A stretch of DNA of 64,000 nt from NCBI RefSeq assembly GCF_963921235.1, contig NC_086097.1:253644001-253708000 (forward strand), given 5' to 3'. A program made the position numbers and the translations under genes. The notes under the pieces were generated by a model. It worked only from the letters and a program-made list of their open reading frames with translations, ran no database searches and had not been told where the DNA came from. The DNA comes from Mobula hypostoma. Its lineage: Eukaryota. This document shows, in pieces, positions 25,383 through 38,040 of this stretch (positions within the stretch are counted from its first letter, which is position 1; every line of letters begins with the position of its first letter).

Positions 25383-25862
25383 TTCTGGGAATGAAAGGGT
25401 TAACATATGCAAAGTGTTTGGCAGCTTTGGGCCTGTACTCATCTCAGTGGAATTTAGAAGAATGTGTGAGGATCTAATTGAAATCGACCGAATTTTGAAA
25501 GGACTAGATAGGGTGGATGTGGGGAGGATGTTTCCTATGGTGGGGGTATCCAGAACTAGAGGGCACAGCCTCAAAATTGAGGGGCAACATTTTAGAACAG
25601 AAGTAAGGAGGGATTTTTTTAAGCTAAAGAGTGGTGAATCTGTGGAATGCTTTGCCACAGATTGTGGCGGAGGTGAAATCCGTGAGTATGTTTAAGATGG
25701 AAGTTTATAGATTCCTGATTGGTCAGGACATCAAGGGATATGGTGAGAGAGCAGGTGTATGGGGTTGAATGGGATCTGGGATCAGCCATGATGAAATGGT
25801 GACTGGACTTGATGGGCTGAATGGCCTAATTCTGTTTGTTTGTCTTGTGGTCTTATGGTCTT
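25383..25862 (+). mobile_element. CR1 3' fragment
   Basis: KGLDRVDVGRMFP..RTRGHSLK; tcttgtggtcttatggtc tail. Confidence 0.85.
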
Positions 25863-26146
25863 AATGCTGGGAGCAAATTGGAGGATTACTGGGTGGCGTG
25901 GCTTGAGGGCCGGGAGGCTTGTTCTCAATAAATAGAGAAATTTTTTTTCTGTGATTGTACTTTTTTCTGCTATTGTAATTATACGTGCTGCATGTGCTCT
26001 GTGTGACTGTTGGTTCTGTGCTTTGCACCTTGGTCCCGAGGGACACTGATTTGTTTAGCTGTATGGTTGAACGAACTTGAACTCAAGTGCAGTTAATTGT
26101 CTGTTTCTGCAAAGATTTTCACACTGCTGTACTCTCTTTCTTGTAG

Positions 26147-26310
26147 CGGTCATTGCTGGAGGTGTCATTGGCTTTTTGTTTGCCATCTTCCTCATCTTGT
26201 TGCTGGTATACCGCATGAGGAAGAAGGACGAAGGTAGTTATGACCTTGGAGAAAGAAAACCACCCACTGCAGCCTATCAAAAGGCACCAACCAAGGAATT
26301 TTATGCATAA
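26147..26310 (+). CDS. SDC2: Syndecan-2 last coding exon: TM domain, C1-V-C2 cytoplasmic tail and PDZ-binding EFYA
   Basis: Acceptor ctctctttcttgtag; 164 bp; (A)[53 protein letters not shown], essentially the vertebrate SDC2 sequence. Confidence 0.97.
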
Positions 26311-27050
26311 GCCTTCAAAGGGTCTCTATTTGTGAGATCACTGAACTGTATTAATTAAAGCTTTTTGCATAGAGATAATGAACACCTTTTCTTAACGAAA
26401 AGTCGTGCAGACTTTCCTATAACAAGCCCTGTTATATTTAAAACATTCTCCTGTATTCTTTTAAAACAAAATGCCATCCAATCTATTCTTAACGCTTAAG
26501 ATTTTGACGGTGAATCGTGGCTTAGCGTCCACTCACTGGGTTTGAAGAAATAAATATTAAAAAACATCTGCAAACAGAATGAAAAGTATGAAAGATACTT
26601 CTGTTTTCTTACGTTTTCTATCAGAGTTCTTTAATTTAGTCCTAATGCATCTAAAATTGATCTTGCAGGTAAAAATGATCCTTAATTTATCTTTTTCTGA
26701 TCTGTTAAAATGCCTTTCTAAAGTTTTCATGGTGCAATGTGTCTTCAAATAATACAAATATGTGTAAATGTAATTTCTGCTACAGGAACTATATTTACAG
26801 GGATCTCTACTTTGTATCGAATAGTAGTATTATGAGGTTTATTTTAAACTGTGCTTGATAAGCATCTAGCAAATGAATATCCTGGAAAACAGAGTACACA
26901 ATTTATTTTTGGCAACCTTCTGTAAAATTGTGCCCGTGTGTGATAGCAGATCTCCTGTATATAAGATCTGATATAAACCTGAACAGATCCAAAGACTAGT
27001 GACTTCAGCTGCAATATATGACTGCAACCACAGATGTATGTTAACTTTAT
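26311..27050 (+). other. SDC2: SDC2 3'UTR region with candidate poly(A) signals
   Basis: AT-rich, non-repetitive sequence after the stop; ATTAAA at 26354-26359 and AATAAA at 26549-26554. True 3' end unknown. Confidence 0.6.
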
Positions 27051-27057
27051 CTTGGTA

Positions 27058-28092
27058 CAGTGTATTCCGGTTAATTGGGACACGTTGGGACCAGTACATT
27101 TTGTTCAAATTAAGTGTCTGCCCCAGTTAGCTGAAGTTTCATGGAAATAGTTTAAAAATGTATCAAAAAAGAGACATACTGAGTAGCAAGTTATGTACTT
27201 AAATGAAACACAGAACAAATTCAAACACTACCAATACTACTACATTATGATAAAACTGTGTATTAGTTCGTAATGGTTTTCGACGGAGGATTTCATCTAG
27301 GGTACACTGCTGTGTTCTTTTGATTGGCTGTAAATGAACTAGATCAGTACAGACAGCTAGTAACACGCAAAAAATGCTGGAGGAACTCAGCGAATCAGGC
27401 AGCATCTCTGGAAAAAAGTAGAGTTGATGTTTCGGGCCGATACCCTTTGGCAGGTCTTTGGTGTAGATAATGGACAGCCTTCATCTATTGCTTTCAAAAC
27501 CGTCGACTCTACTTTTTTCCCTTGATTTCATTTAAATACATAACCTGCTACTCAATTTGTCTCTTTTTAAGTATATTTTTAAACTATTTCCATGAAACTT
27601 CGGCTAAAAAGAAAACTTTGCTTTCAATGTTTGCATCCACCAAATCTTCATTTTCATTCTAACATTCAAGATGATTGTTGAAACTCTGTAGTCCTTGTTG
27701 AACTAGTGAAATTGTTTCATTTCAACTCCCGGCTCTTTCTGGCATCTCCAGATCTGAATGCTTGAAACTGCAGTGAGCAAAACAGTTTTGTATTGTCTTA
27801 CTGCTTATTTCTTGACAACTATCAGTGACCAAAATCACTAGTTCTTGAACACAGACACATGCAACTGAGGTTATTTAAAAACTGTTCACTCTAAACATGG
27901 TGCAGTGTCACACACAACTAAAGCTTGTGGAAACTGTTTGACATGAGTTTCCTGTCTCAATTAAGCAGCATAGTGTCCCAGATAACGAAGGCAATCCCAG
28001 CAATTTCCACAATTAGTTTTTGTTCTTTAAGAGTTGATCCAAGTAAGTGGCTGTCCCAATTAACCGATGGCCCAATTAAGCGCAATCCACTG
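27058..28092. mobile_element. Tigger/pogo-like non-autonomous DNA transposon
   Basis: 22-bp TIRs cagtgtattccggttaattggg / cccaattaagcgcaatccactg (3 mismatches); TA at 27056-27057 and 28093-28094. Confidence 0.8.
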
Positions 28093-28444
28093 TATTAATT
28101 TCTTTTTTAATTTGCTAGGAAATGACAGTTTTGGACTAGGACATTTCAAACCAAGAGGTACAGGTTTTCATGAGCCTATTAAGTGCCTGCCCGTTCTCTG
28201 GTTCCTTCACTGCCGTCCTGCTGATTTTTCATTGTGGTTGATATGGTAATTTGTAAGGTCAGTTAATTTAAGTGCTATGGTTTTTACTGTTTAACAGACA
28301 TGTTTTAATTGGAAATGGGGAACATAAACTACTGAATAAATTATGTAGCCCATTGATGAATTATCACTGCCTCATTATGTGTCTTTTGCACAGCTCTTGT
28401 TAATGCGCCAGATTGGTTCATTGTATTTGTGGATAATTTTGAGG

Positions 28445-28890
28445 TGATTCAAAGTTGAAAGTACATATACGTCTATTTATACAAACATTTTCTTGTGGGC
28501 ATACTCAGTAAATCTAACACAGTAGAATCAATGAAAGACTGCACCCAACAGTACAAACAATCAATGTGAAACAGAGACAGAGAAAATTAATCAATTAATG
28601 TTGAATATTGAGAACATAAGATGAAGAATCCTTGAAAGTGACTCCATATGTTGTGAGAACATTCAATGATGGGGCAAGTGAGGTTGAGTGAAGTTATCCC
28701 CTTTGGTTCAGGAGCCTGATGTTTGAGGGGTAATAACCGTTCCTGTGCCTGGTGGTGAGAGTCCTGAGGCTCCTGTACCTCCTTCCTGATGGCGGCAGTG
28801 ATAAGAGAGCATGACCTGTGTGGTGTGGGGGAGGTCACTGATGAAGGGTGATGCTTTTCTTCGCGAATACTCCGTGCTCCGTGTAGGTGT
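28445..28890 (-). mobile_element. Rex1/Babar-like LINE 3' fragment
   Basis: Reverse-complement PPSGRRYRSLRTLTTR motif and tail. Confidence 0.7.
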
Positions 28891-29199
28891 AGATCTTCTT
28901 CTCAATCCCTTCACCCCTACTGGGGCATAGGCTGTTGATAATAACCCTGATTTGAATTCTGAGCAGTATGATGCTAGCACTGTAATATCTGGGGACAAGC
29001 AAGAAGCTTTGGATGGGATAAATATGCTTAAAAAAAGGGAAAAAAATCAGACCTTTGAAATCACTAAGCCCAAACAGGACATCTGTGGCTGTTAAAGAAC
29101 ACATGGAAGGAACTGCAGAGACTCGAAGCACATTTCTTAAAGGTCTCCAGCTTCAGGATTGGTGTCTCAGGACTGGAGAAGTGTGTGCTGTACATACTC

Positions 29200-29770
29200 A
29201 AAGTTCAAAGCAAATTGATTATCAAAGTGCATATACAACCCTGAGATTCACTTTCTTGCGGGCATTCACAGTAAAGGCAAAGAAACACAATAGAATCAGT
29301 GAAAAATCACACACATCAAAGATGCACAACTAAACAACATGCAAAAGACAACAAACCATGCAACAAAAAAAAGGATAATAATAAATAAATAACAATAAAT
29401 ATTGAGAGCATTGAGATGTAGAGTCGTTAAGAGTGAGTCCATAGATTGTGGAATCGGTTCACGATATTGAGGTGAGTGAAGTTATCCCCACTGGTTCAAG
29501 AGCCTAATGGTTGAGGGGTAATAACTGTTCCTGGACCTGGTGATGTGGGTCCTGACGCTCCCGTACCTTCTTCCTGATGGCAGCGACGAGAAGAGGGCAT
29601 GGCCTGGGTTTATTTGGGTCCTTCATGGATGCTGCTTTCCTGTGTAGATGGGCTCAATGGTGGGGAGGGCTTTACCTGTGGGATTTTCCATTGCCGGACA
29701 CTGGTGTTTCAGTGCCAGGGTGAGATGCAGCCAGTCAATATACTCTGCGCCACACATCCATAGAGGTAAC
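29200..29770 (-). mobile_element. Rex1/Babar-like LINE 3' fragment (inverted paralogue of 1685-3420)
   Basis: Same diagnostic 3'UTR variants and same downstream flank as the 1.7-3.7 kb copy. Confidence 0.75.
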
Positions 29771-29969
29771 TTATTGGAGGAAATTATAGGTGTTATGACA
29801 TGCACCTGACCATGCCAGCTTCTGGGTTTAGTCATTGACTCTCTGGAATATGGATAGCTGCTGCAACCCCTTGAAAGATCCAGGCCCGCCCCGCTAATTG
29901 GCGCCAGGATTTTAATATTTAAAAAACACCTGAACTGAGATTTGGTGCTCAGTCATCAGCTCAACTTTG

Positions 29970-31290
29970 TATGCCCCTGTACCAAAAAGATGAAGGTAAC
30001 ATGCCTGAACGACTGGCGTCCTGTCAAACTCAGCTCAATAACAAGCAAATGCTTTGAAAGGCTGGTCAAGGGCTACATCTGCAGCTTGTTACCACCCACA
30101 CTGGACCGCCTACAATTCACCTACCAACACAACCGATCAACAGATGACGCAATAGCCACAGCTCTGCATACCGTCCTTACATACCTGGAGAAGAAAGATG
30201 CTTATGTGAGAATGCTGTTCTTGGACTACAGTTCAGCATTCGACACCATAATTCCATCCAGGCTCGACAAGAAGCTCAGAGACCTTGGCCTTGACCCTGC
30301 CTTGTGCAGCTGGATACTGGACTTCCTGTCAGATCGCCAGCAGGTGGTAAGAGTGGGCTCCCTCACCTCCAATCCTCTGACTCTCAATACAGGAGCCCCT
30401 CGGCTGCGTACTGAGTCCCTTCCTTTTCTCCATGTGACTGTATCGCCACCCACACCTCTAATCTGCTAATTAAATTTGCCGACGACACTACATTGATTGG
30501 CCTAATCTCAAACAATAACGAGCTGGCCTACAGGGAAGAAGTCATCTCTCTGACACAGTGGTGTCAAGAAAACAACCTCTCCCTCAATGTCGCAAAAACA
30601 GAGGAGCTGGTTGTGGATTACAAGAGGAATGGAGACGGGCTAACCCCTATTGACATCAATGGATCTGGGGTTGAGAGGGTAAACAGCTTGAAGTTCCTCA
30701 GCATCCACATCACCGAGGACCTCACGTGGTCTGTACACACCAACTGTGTGGTGAAAAAGGCAAGAAGGTTGGTATGGGCTCCCAGATCCTAAGAACTTTA
30801 TACAGGGGCACAATTGAGAGCATCCTGACTGGCTGCATCACTGCCTGGTATGGGAACCGTACTTCCCTCAATCACAGGATCCTGCAGAGAGTGGTGCGGA
30901 CAGCCCAGCGCATCTGTAGATGTGAACTTCCCACTATTCAGGACATTTACAAAGACAGGTGTGTAAAAAGGGCCCGTAGGATCATTGGGGACCCGAGTCA
31001 CCTCAACCACAATCTATTCCAGCTGCTACCATCTGGGAAACGGTACCGCAGCATAAAAGCCAGGACCAACAGGCTCCAGGACAGCTTCTTCCACCAGGCC
31101 ATCAGACTGATTAACTCACGCTGATTTAAGTGTATTCTATGTTACATTGACTGTTCTATTTATTATAAATTACTATGACTGCACATTGCACATTTAGACA
31201 GAGACATAAAGATTTTACTCCTCGTGTATCTGAAGGATGTAAGAAATAAAGTCAATTTATTCATTCCTTTAATTCAATTCATTCATTCAT
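29970..31290 (+). mobile_element. Rex1/Babar-like LINE RT and 3' end
   Basis: [54 protein letters not shown]; (attc)n tail. Confidence 0.9.
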
Positions 31291-31819
31291 CAATCCACCC
31301 TCTAGTTTAGAACCCTGTTCTCATTTCAGTCTCGTACTGTGACTTGGTCCTGCATACTCCAGCACTTGGGTCCTAACCATCCTCACCTCAGTCTCTTGTC
31401 ACAATAGGGAGGATGTCAGAGGGAAGTTTTTTTACAGAGAGTGGTGGAAGTGTCGAGGGGTGGTGGTAGGACCAGATACATTACAGGCATTTAAGAGACT
31501 CTTAGGCACGTGGATGATAAAAAAATGAAGGGTTTTGTGGGAGGGAAAGGTTATTGATATAAGAGTAGGTTAAAATTCATCACAAGTTGATAGTTTCTTG
31601 GTTAGTCAGGGTGTCAAAGGTTATAGAGAGAAGGCAAGAGAATGGGGTTGAGAGGGATAATTAATCAGCCATGATGGAATGGTGGAGCAAGACTCAACTG
31701 GCTAACTAGTCTTATAGACTCAGGGATGGAGTCCCAGATATTCAACCACTTGGCAGCTGATGAACAGTGCAAGGAATGTCACAAGAGGAGCAGCTAAACT
31801 GGGGACTGTAAAATGGTAA

Positions 31820-31938
31820 GGAAATGAGATTGAAGGGAGTGGAGATTCTGGTATGATAGGAAACGAGATTGAAGGGAGTGGAGTGGAGATTCTGGTGTGA
31901 TAGGGAAACGAGATTGAAGGTAGTGGAGATTCTGGTGT
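31820..31938 (+). repeat. About 40-bp tandem repeat, 3 copies
   Basis: Variants of ggaaacgagattgaagggagtggagattctggtgtgata. Confidence 0.85.
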
Positions 31939-33139
31939 GCTTCAGAAGAGAAGCAATTGCAGGCATAGACAGCAGTGTGAACAAGTAGATGAATTTCAAA
32001 TACGAGGCAGTGCTCCAGTGAAATGTGGTCACAAAGAGCAGAATCTCGATGTGCAGTTCAGTCAGTGGGCAGCTGAGCTTTATATCAGCTCTAGTCTCAG
32101 TGGTTTGAGGGAAGCCAGTTTGAAGTTTGGCATCTTCAAGTCCAGAATGAACAAAAGGAGAGGATATGAGCATTGTCGGAGGAGATCGGGCGAAGATCTG
32201 ATGCTCACATCTGGTCAAGTTGGACGATACAAGTTTTTAGGTAGATACCAGGGAGTGGGATAGAACTGATGGCCAAGAGACAGAGGTTGGAGGGATCTCA
32301 AAGGTAATAATTAGAATTTGATTAAATGTCACTGTTCTACTGTATGCTTTGAGAGTTGTTTTCTGGAAGCAGTGCAGTGTATTACATAAATTATACTCTA
32401 AATCAGAATCAGTTTAATAGCACTGGCACATGTGAAATCTGTTGTTTTGTAGCAGCAGTACATTACAATACATAATAATAATAAACTGAATTACAATAAG
32501 AAATATGTACATATCTAAAAAAACAGAGAAAGAGAGGGAAAAATTTAGAAACCTGATGGGAATAAGATGTTCCTGAATCGCTGAGTGTGTGCCTTCAGGC
32601 TCCTGTACCTCCTCCTCGATGGTAACAGTGAGAAGAGGGCGTGTCCTGGGTGAAGGAGCCCTTAATGATGGATGCTGCCTTCTGGAGTCATTGCTTTTTC
32701 AAGATGTTCTGGATGCTGGGAACCCAGGAACTGGAAACCGCTTACTGTTTCACTGCTGATCACTCAGTGAGGAGTGGTGTGTGTCCACATCACAATCTGA
32801 CTTCATAAGAATCTGTGAATGATTGAGATCACAGTTTAGCATTGTGCATACAACTCACTGAAACACTAACTCCCATCACAGGGTCCAATTGACAGGTAAG
32901 ACAGGCAAAAAGGTTAAAAAGATTATAAATTGGAAAATGATTGGGATACAGAGAGAAATAAATATTTTTCTTTATACCAAGACGGGGAAAATGAAACTTC
33001 TGTATTTCTTTTTAATAGATGCTCAGATAGGAGGGAACAACTGATTATCCTTAAAGAACTTTCAAACCCCATGTTTGTAACCCCGTGGATTATCGCAGCT
33101 CTTGCTTGTGTGACTTGACTTGGTGCTGTGGGGCAAATG

Positions 33140-34020
33140 AATGTAGATGTAGAGAGGGTGTTTCCGATAGTGGGGCAGTCTAGGACCAGAGGGCCCAGCC
33201 TCAGAGGAGAGGGATGTCCATTTAGAACAGAGATGAGGCGGGATTCCTTTAGCCAGAGGGTGGTGAATCTGTGGAATTCATTACTTCAAACGGCTGTGGA
33301 GGCCAGGTCATTGGATGTATTTAAAGCAAAGGTCAATAGGTTATTGATTAGTCAGGGTGTGAAGTGCTACAGGGAGAAGGAAGGAGAATGGGGTCGAGAG
33401 GGATAATAAATCAGCCATGATGGGGTGGTGGAGCAGACTTGATGGACTGAATGGCCTAATTCTGCTCCTATATTATGGTCTTATGGTCTAAAAGGGTAAT
33501 TTAATTCTGATTTGGCGAAAGGCTGTTTATTTGAGTGAATCTGAATATTTCTGCATTTAAATATTGACTGACGAACATGGACCATAAGACACAAGAGCTG
33601 GATTAGGTTATTCAGCCCAATGCCATTCCATCATGGCTGATTTATTATCCCACAGGATAAGATACAGGAGCAGAATTACACCATTTGGCCCATCGAGTCT
33701 GGTCTGCCATTTCATCATGGCTGATTCATTTCCCCTCTCAGCCTCAAGATCCTCCCTCCTTCCCCACTCCCCCATATCCCTTCATGTCCTGACTAATAAA
33801 GAATCTATCAACTTCTGCCTTAGATATACATAAAGACTTGGCCTCCACAGCCACCTGTGGCAACGAATTCCACAGATACTACAGCTCTGGCTAAAAAAAT
33901 TCCTCCTCACTTCCATTCTAAAAGGACATCTTTCTACTGTGAGACTGTGTCCTCTGGTCCTAGACTCTCCCACCACAGGAAACATCCTCTCCTCATCCAC
34001 TCTGTCAAGGCCTTTCACGA
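33140..34020. mobile_element. Cluster of short CR1 3' fragments (+ at 33140-33490, - at 33575-34020)
   Basis: RTRG..FRTEMRR..SQRVVNLWNSL motifs on both strands. Confidence 0.8.
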
Positions 34021-34519
34021 CAATGTGTTATTTCTCTTCAAACCTCACTGAGGTTTCCAATCAGTTCCCTGGATCAATGCGGATGATACTTGTTGAGAAG
34101 TAATCACACTGGCCTGCACCATACCTCTGAGACCTAACGTATTTGCAATGTTTGAACACAGTCTGTTTGGTTATTACAAAAGCCCAGATAATTGAGCAAA
34201 AAAATTCTTGAAAAAGAAAGAGATGTTTCATTGTGCAATCACTGCTTAACAAACAAGTCAAATCAAACAAAGAGTGTACCTTAACCCATTCACCGAGCAG
34301 AGCAGAAATGGACTGTAACGATTCGGCAAACTTTGGAGATGTTTTAAAACTGCAATGTGGAACTAAATGGAGAAGTTCAGATTTATTTTTCACATGTACA
34401 TCGAAACGCACTGTGAAATGTGTCAATGTGGCAGCCCACAAGTGTCACCAGTGCCAACACAGCATGTTCAGCTGAACAGCACGTGACACAACACAACAGA
34501 ACACAACAAGCAAAATATA

Positions 34520-37500
34520 ACAACACACCGTCCTTACACACCCGGAGAAGAGGGATACCTCCGTGAAAATGCTGTTCTTACACTGGTATTGGTGGCATCC
34601 GTTAGTCTCGCGAGGTCATGCATCTGTGCCTGGAAAGTCTTGCTTCAGTCTGTGTTAGAGCAGCGTCTGTTGTGGCTGTAGAGGCCCACACGGGAGTGAC
34701 AGTCTCGGCTGCAGCGACTGCACTTGAAGGCGCCGTCCTCCAGTGTTGTCTTGGTGCTGTTTTTCCGACGAGTGCGCTTTTCTTCAGCAGCAAGCCTCAG
34801 CTTCTCGTCTCCTCTTTTTAGACCTCAGCGTAGTTCCAGCCTCCAGTGAGAGCGATCACTTGCGATGTCCTCCCACCTCTCGACGTTCATTTTCAGTGAC
34901 TTCATGTCTCTCTTGCAAACGTCTTTGAAACGAAGATGGGGCCGCCCTTGTGCTCTCTTGCCGGAGGCCAGTTCTGTACAGCAGGTCTTTCGGGATCCTC
35001 CCATCTGACATGCGGAGCACGTGACCCAGCCAGCGGAGACGGCATTGTTGGAGCAGGGTGAAGAGGCTGGGTATCTGGGCGCGGGCCAGGACCTCATTGT
35101 TGGTGACTCGGTCAGCCCACTTGATGTCCAGGATGCGTCTCAGGCTGCGAAGGTGGAAGGCGTTGAGACGCCACTCTTGTCTGGAGTAGAGGCTCCAGGT
35201 CTGGCTGCCGTAAAGCAGTGTGCTGAGGACGCAGGCCCTGTAGACTGCAACTTTGGTGTGTGCCATCAGCTTTCCATTCTCAAAGACTCTCTTTGTCAAC
35301 CTGGCGAATGTTGAGGCTGCTCGTCCGATCCATCCGTTGATCTCGGGGTCTAGGGAGAGGCTGTCCGTGATGGTGGAGCCAAGGTATGTAAACTCGTGAA
35401 CTACCTCCAGCTCATAGTTGCTGATGGTAATGGCAGGGGGGTGCTCAATGCCCTGGCCCAACACATTGGTCTTCTTCAGGCTGATGGTCAAGCTGAAGTC
35501 CTGGCAGGCTCTTGAGAAGCTGTCCATGAGGCGTTGCAGTTGCTCTTCAGAGTGTGTTGCCAGTGCCACGTCGTCTGCAAACAACATGTCCCTGATGAGT
35601 ACTTCACGAACCTTGGTTTTCGCCCTCAGCTGGGACAGACTGAATAGCCTCCCATCCGATCTGGTATGGAGGTAGACACCATCAGCTGATGTTCCAAAGG
35701 CGTGCTTCAGCATGACTGCGAAGAAGATGCCGAACAGGGTGGGGCCAAGCACACAGCCCTGCTTCACACTGCTGCGGATGTTGAAGGCCTCTGAAGAAGA
35801 GCTGTCGAACTGAACGACGCCCTTCATGTCTGTGTGGAATGACTGAACTATCCTGAGGAGCCGCGGGGACAACCAATCCTGGCGAGGATTTTGAACAGGC
35901 CGTCTCTGCTCACAAGGTCGAAAGGTCAATGAAAGCGATGTAGTGTGGTTGTCTTTGCTCTCTGCATTTCTCTTGTAGCTGTCGAGGGAGAAGATCATGT
36001 CAATTGTGGAGCGTTCTGACCTGAAACCGCACTGAGACTCGGGATATACCCTTTCGGCTATTTTCTGCAGTCTGTTCAGGACCACGTGGGCGAAGACCTT
36101 CCCAACGATGCTCAGCAAGGAGATTCCCCTGTAGCTGTTACAGTCGCTTCTGTCCCCTTTGTTCTTATATATGGTGACAATGTTGCAGTCTCTCATGTCT
36201 TGCGGCACTGCTCCCTCTGTCCAGCACTGGCACAGTAGTTCATGCAGGTGGTTTAGCAGGACGGCCTTCGCTCATTTGATGGCCTCTGGTGGAAAGCCAT
36301 CCAATCCTGGTGCCTTCCCAGTGGGCAGGCTGCCGATGGCTTTACTCAGCTCTTCGGCAGTCGGCAATGCATCAAGTTCCTCCATGACAGGCAGGCTTTC
36401 CACAGCGTCTAGCGCACTGTCCGAGATGCTGTTTTCTCTGGAGAAGAGTTCAGAGTAATGCTCCACCCATCACTCCATCAAGTTCTTACACCACAGTTCA
36501 GCATTCAACACTATAATTCCCTCCAGGCTCAACAAGAAGCTTAGAGACCTCGGCCTTCACCCTGCCTTGTGTAGCTGGATCCTGGACTTCCTGTCAGATT
36601 GCCAGCCTCTCTGACCCTCAACACAGGAGCCTCTCAGGGCTGTGTCCTAAGCCCCCTCCTTTACTCTCTGTATATTCATGACAGTGTTGCCACCCACAGC
36701 TCCAATCTGCTAATTAAATTTGCTGACAACACGACACTGATTAGCCTAAGCTCAAAAAATAATGAGGCAGCCTACAGAGAGGAAGTCATCACCCAGACAC
36801 AGTGGTAGCAAGAAAACAACCTCTCCCTCAATGTCACAAAAACAAAGGAGCTGATTGTGGATGACAGGAGGAATGGAGACAGGCTAACCCCTATTGACAT
36901 CAATGGATCTTGGGTTGAGAGGGTGAACAGCTTTAAGTTCCTTGGCATCCACATCACCGAGGACCTCACGTGGTCTGTGCATACCAGCTGTGTGGTGAAA
37001 AAGGCACAACAGCGCCTCTTTCACCTCAGACAGTTGAAAAAGTTTGTTATGGGCTCCCAAATCCTGAGAACTTTCTCCAGGGGCACGATTGAGAGCATCC
37101 TGACTGGCTGCATCACTGCCTGGTATGGGAACTGTACTTCCCTCAATCACAGGACTCTGCAGAGAGTGGTGCGGACAGCCCAGTGCATCTGTAGTTGTGA
37201 ACTTCCCATGATTCAGGACATTTACAAAGACAGGTGTGTAAAAAGAGCCCGTGGGATCACTGGGGACCTAAGTCACCCCAACCACAAACTGTTCCAGCTG
37301 CTACCATCTGGGAAACGGTACCACAGCATAAAAGCCAAGACCAACAGGCTCCGGGACAGCTTCTTCCACCAGGCCATCAGACTGATTAACTCACGCTGAT
37401 TTGAGTGTATTCTTTGTTACATTGACTGTTCTAATTATTATAAATTACTATGACTGCACATTGCACATTTAGATGGAGACATAACATTAAGATTTTACTC

Positions 37501-38040
37501 CTCATGTATCTGAAGGATGTAAGAAATAAAGTCAATTTATTCATTCCTTTAATTCAATTCATTCATTCATCAATCCAACCTCTAGTTTAGAACCCTGTTC
37601 CCATTTCAGTCTCGTATTGTGACTTGGTTCTAGTCCTGGACACTCCAGCACCTGGGTCCTAACCGTCCTCACCTTGGTCTCTTGTCACAATAGGGAGGAT
37701 GTCAGAGGGAAGTTTTTTACAGAGAGTGGTGGAAGTGTCGAGGGGTGGTGGTAGGACCAGATACATTACAAGCAATTAAGAGACTCTTAGGCACGTGGAT
37801 GATAGAAAAATGAAGGGTTTTGTGGGAGGGAAGGGTTATTGATATAAGAGTAGGTTAATTCAGACTGATTAATTCACGCTGATACAACTGTATTTCTATG
37901 CTATATTGACTGTCCTGTTGTACATATCATTTATTATAAATTGCACATTGCACATTTAGACAGAGATGTAACGTGAAGATTTTTACTCCTCATGTATGTG
38001 AACGATATAAGAAATAAAGTCAATTCAATTTAATTCAAAT
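34520..38040 (+). mobile_element. Rex1/Babar-like LINE, interrupted by an RTE and carrying two 3' ends
   Basis: TVLTH.EKRD..KMLFL|..SSAFNT across the RTE insertion; QGCVLSP, KFADN, 180-aa C-terminal ORF; tails at about 37540 and 38030. Confidence 0.85.
34584..36481 (-). mobile_element. 5'-truncated RTE-clade LINE (RT + C-terminal Zn finger), frameshifted
   Basis: KGDRSDCNSYRGISLLS, PESQCGFR, VKQGCVL, LFADD, YLGS, RWLGHV, CSRCSRDCHSRVGLYSHNRRC; 10-bp TSD gttcttacac at 34574-34583 and 36482-36491. Confidence 0.92.
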
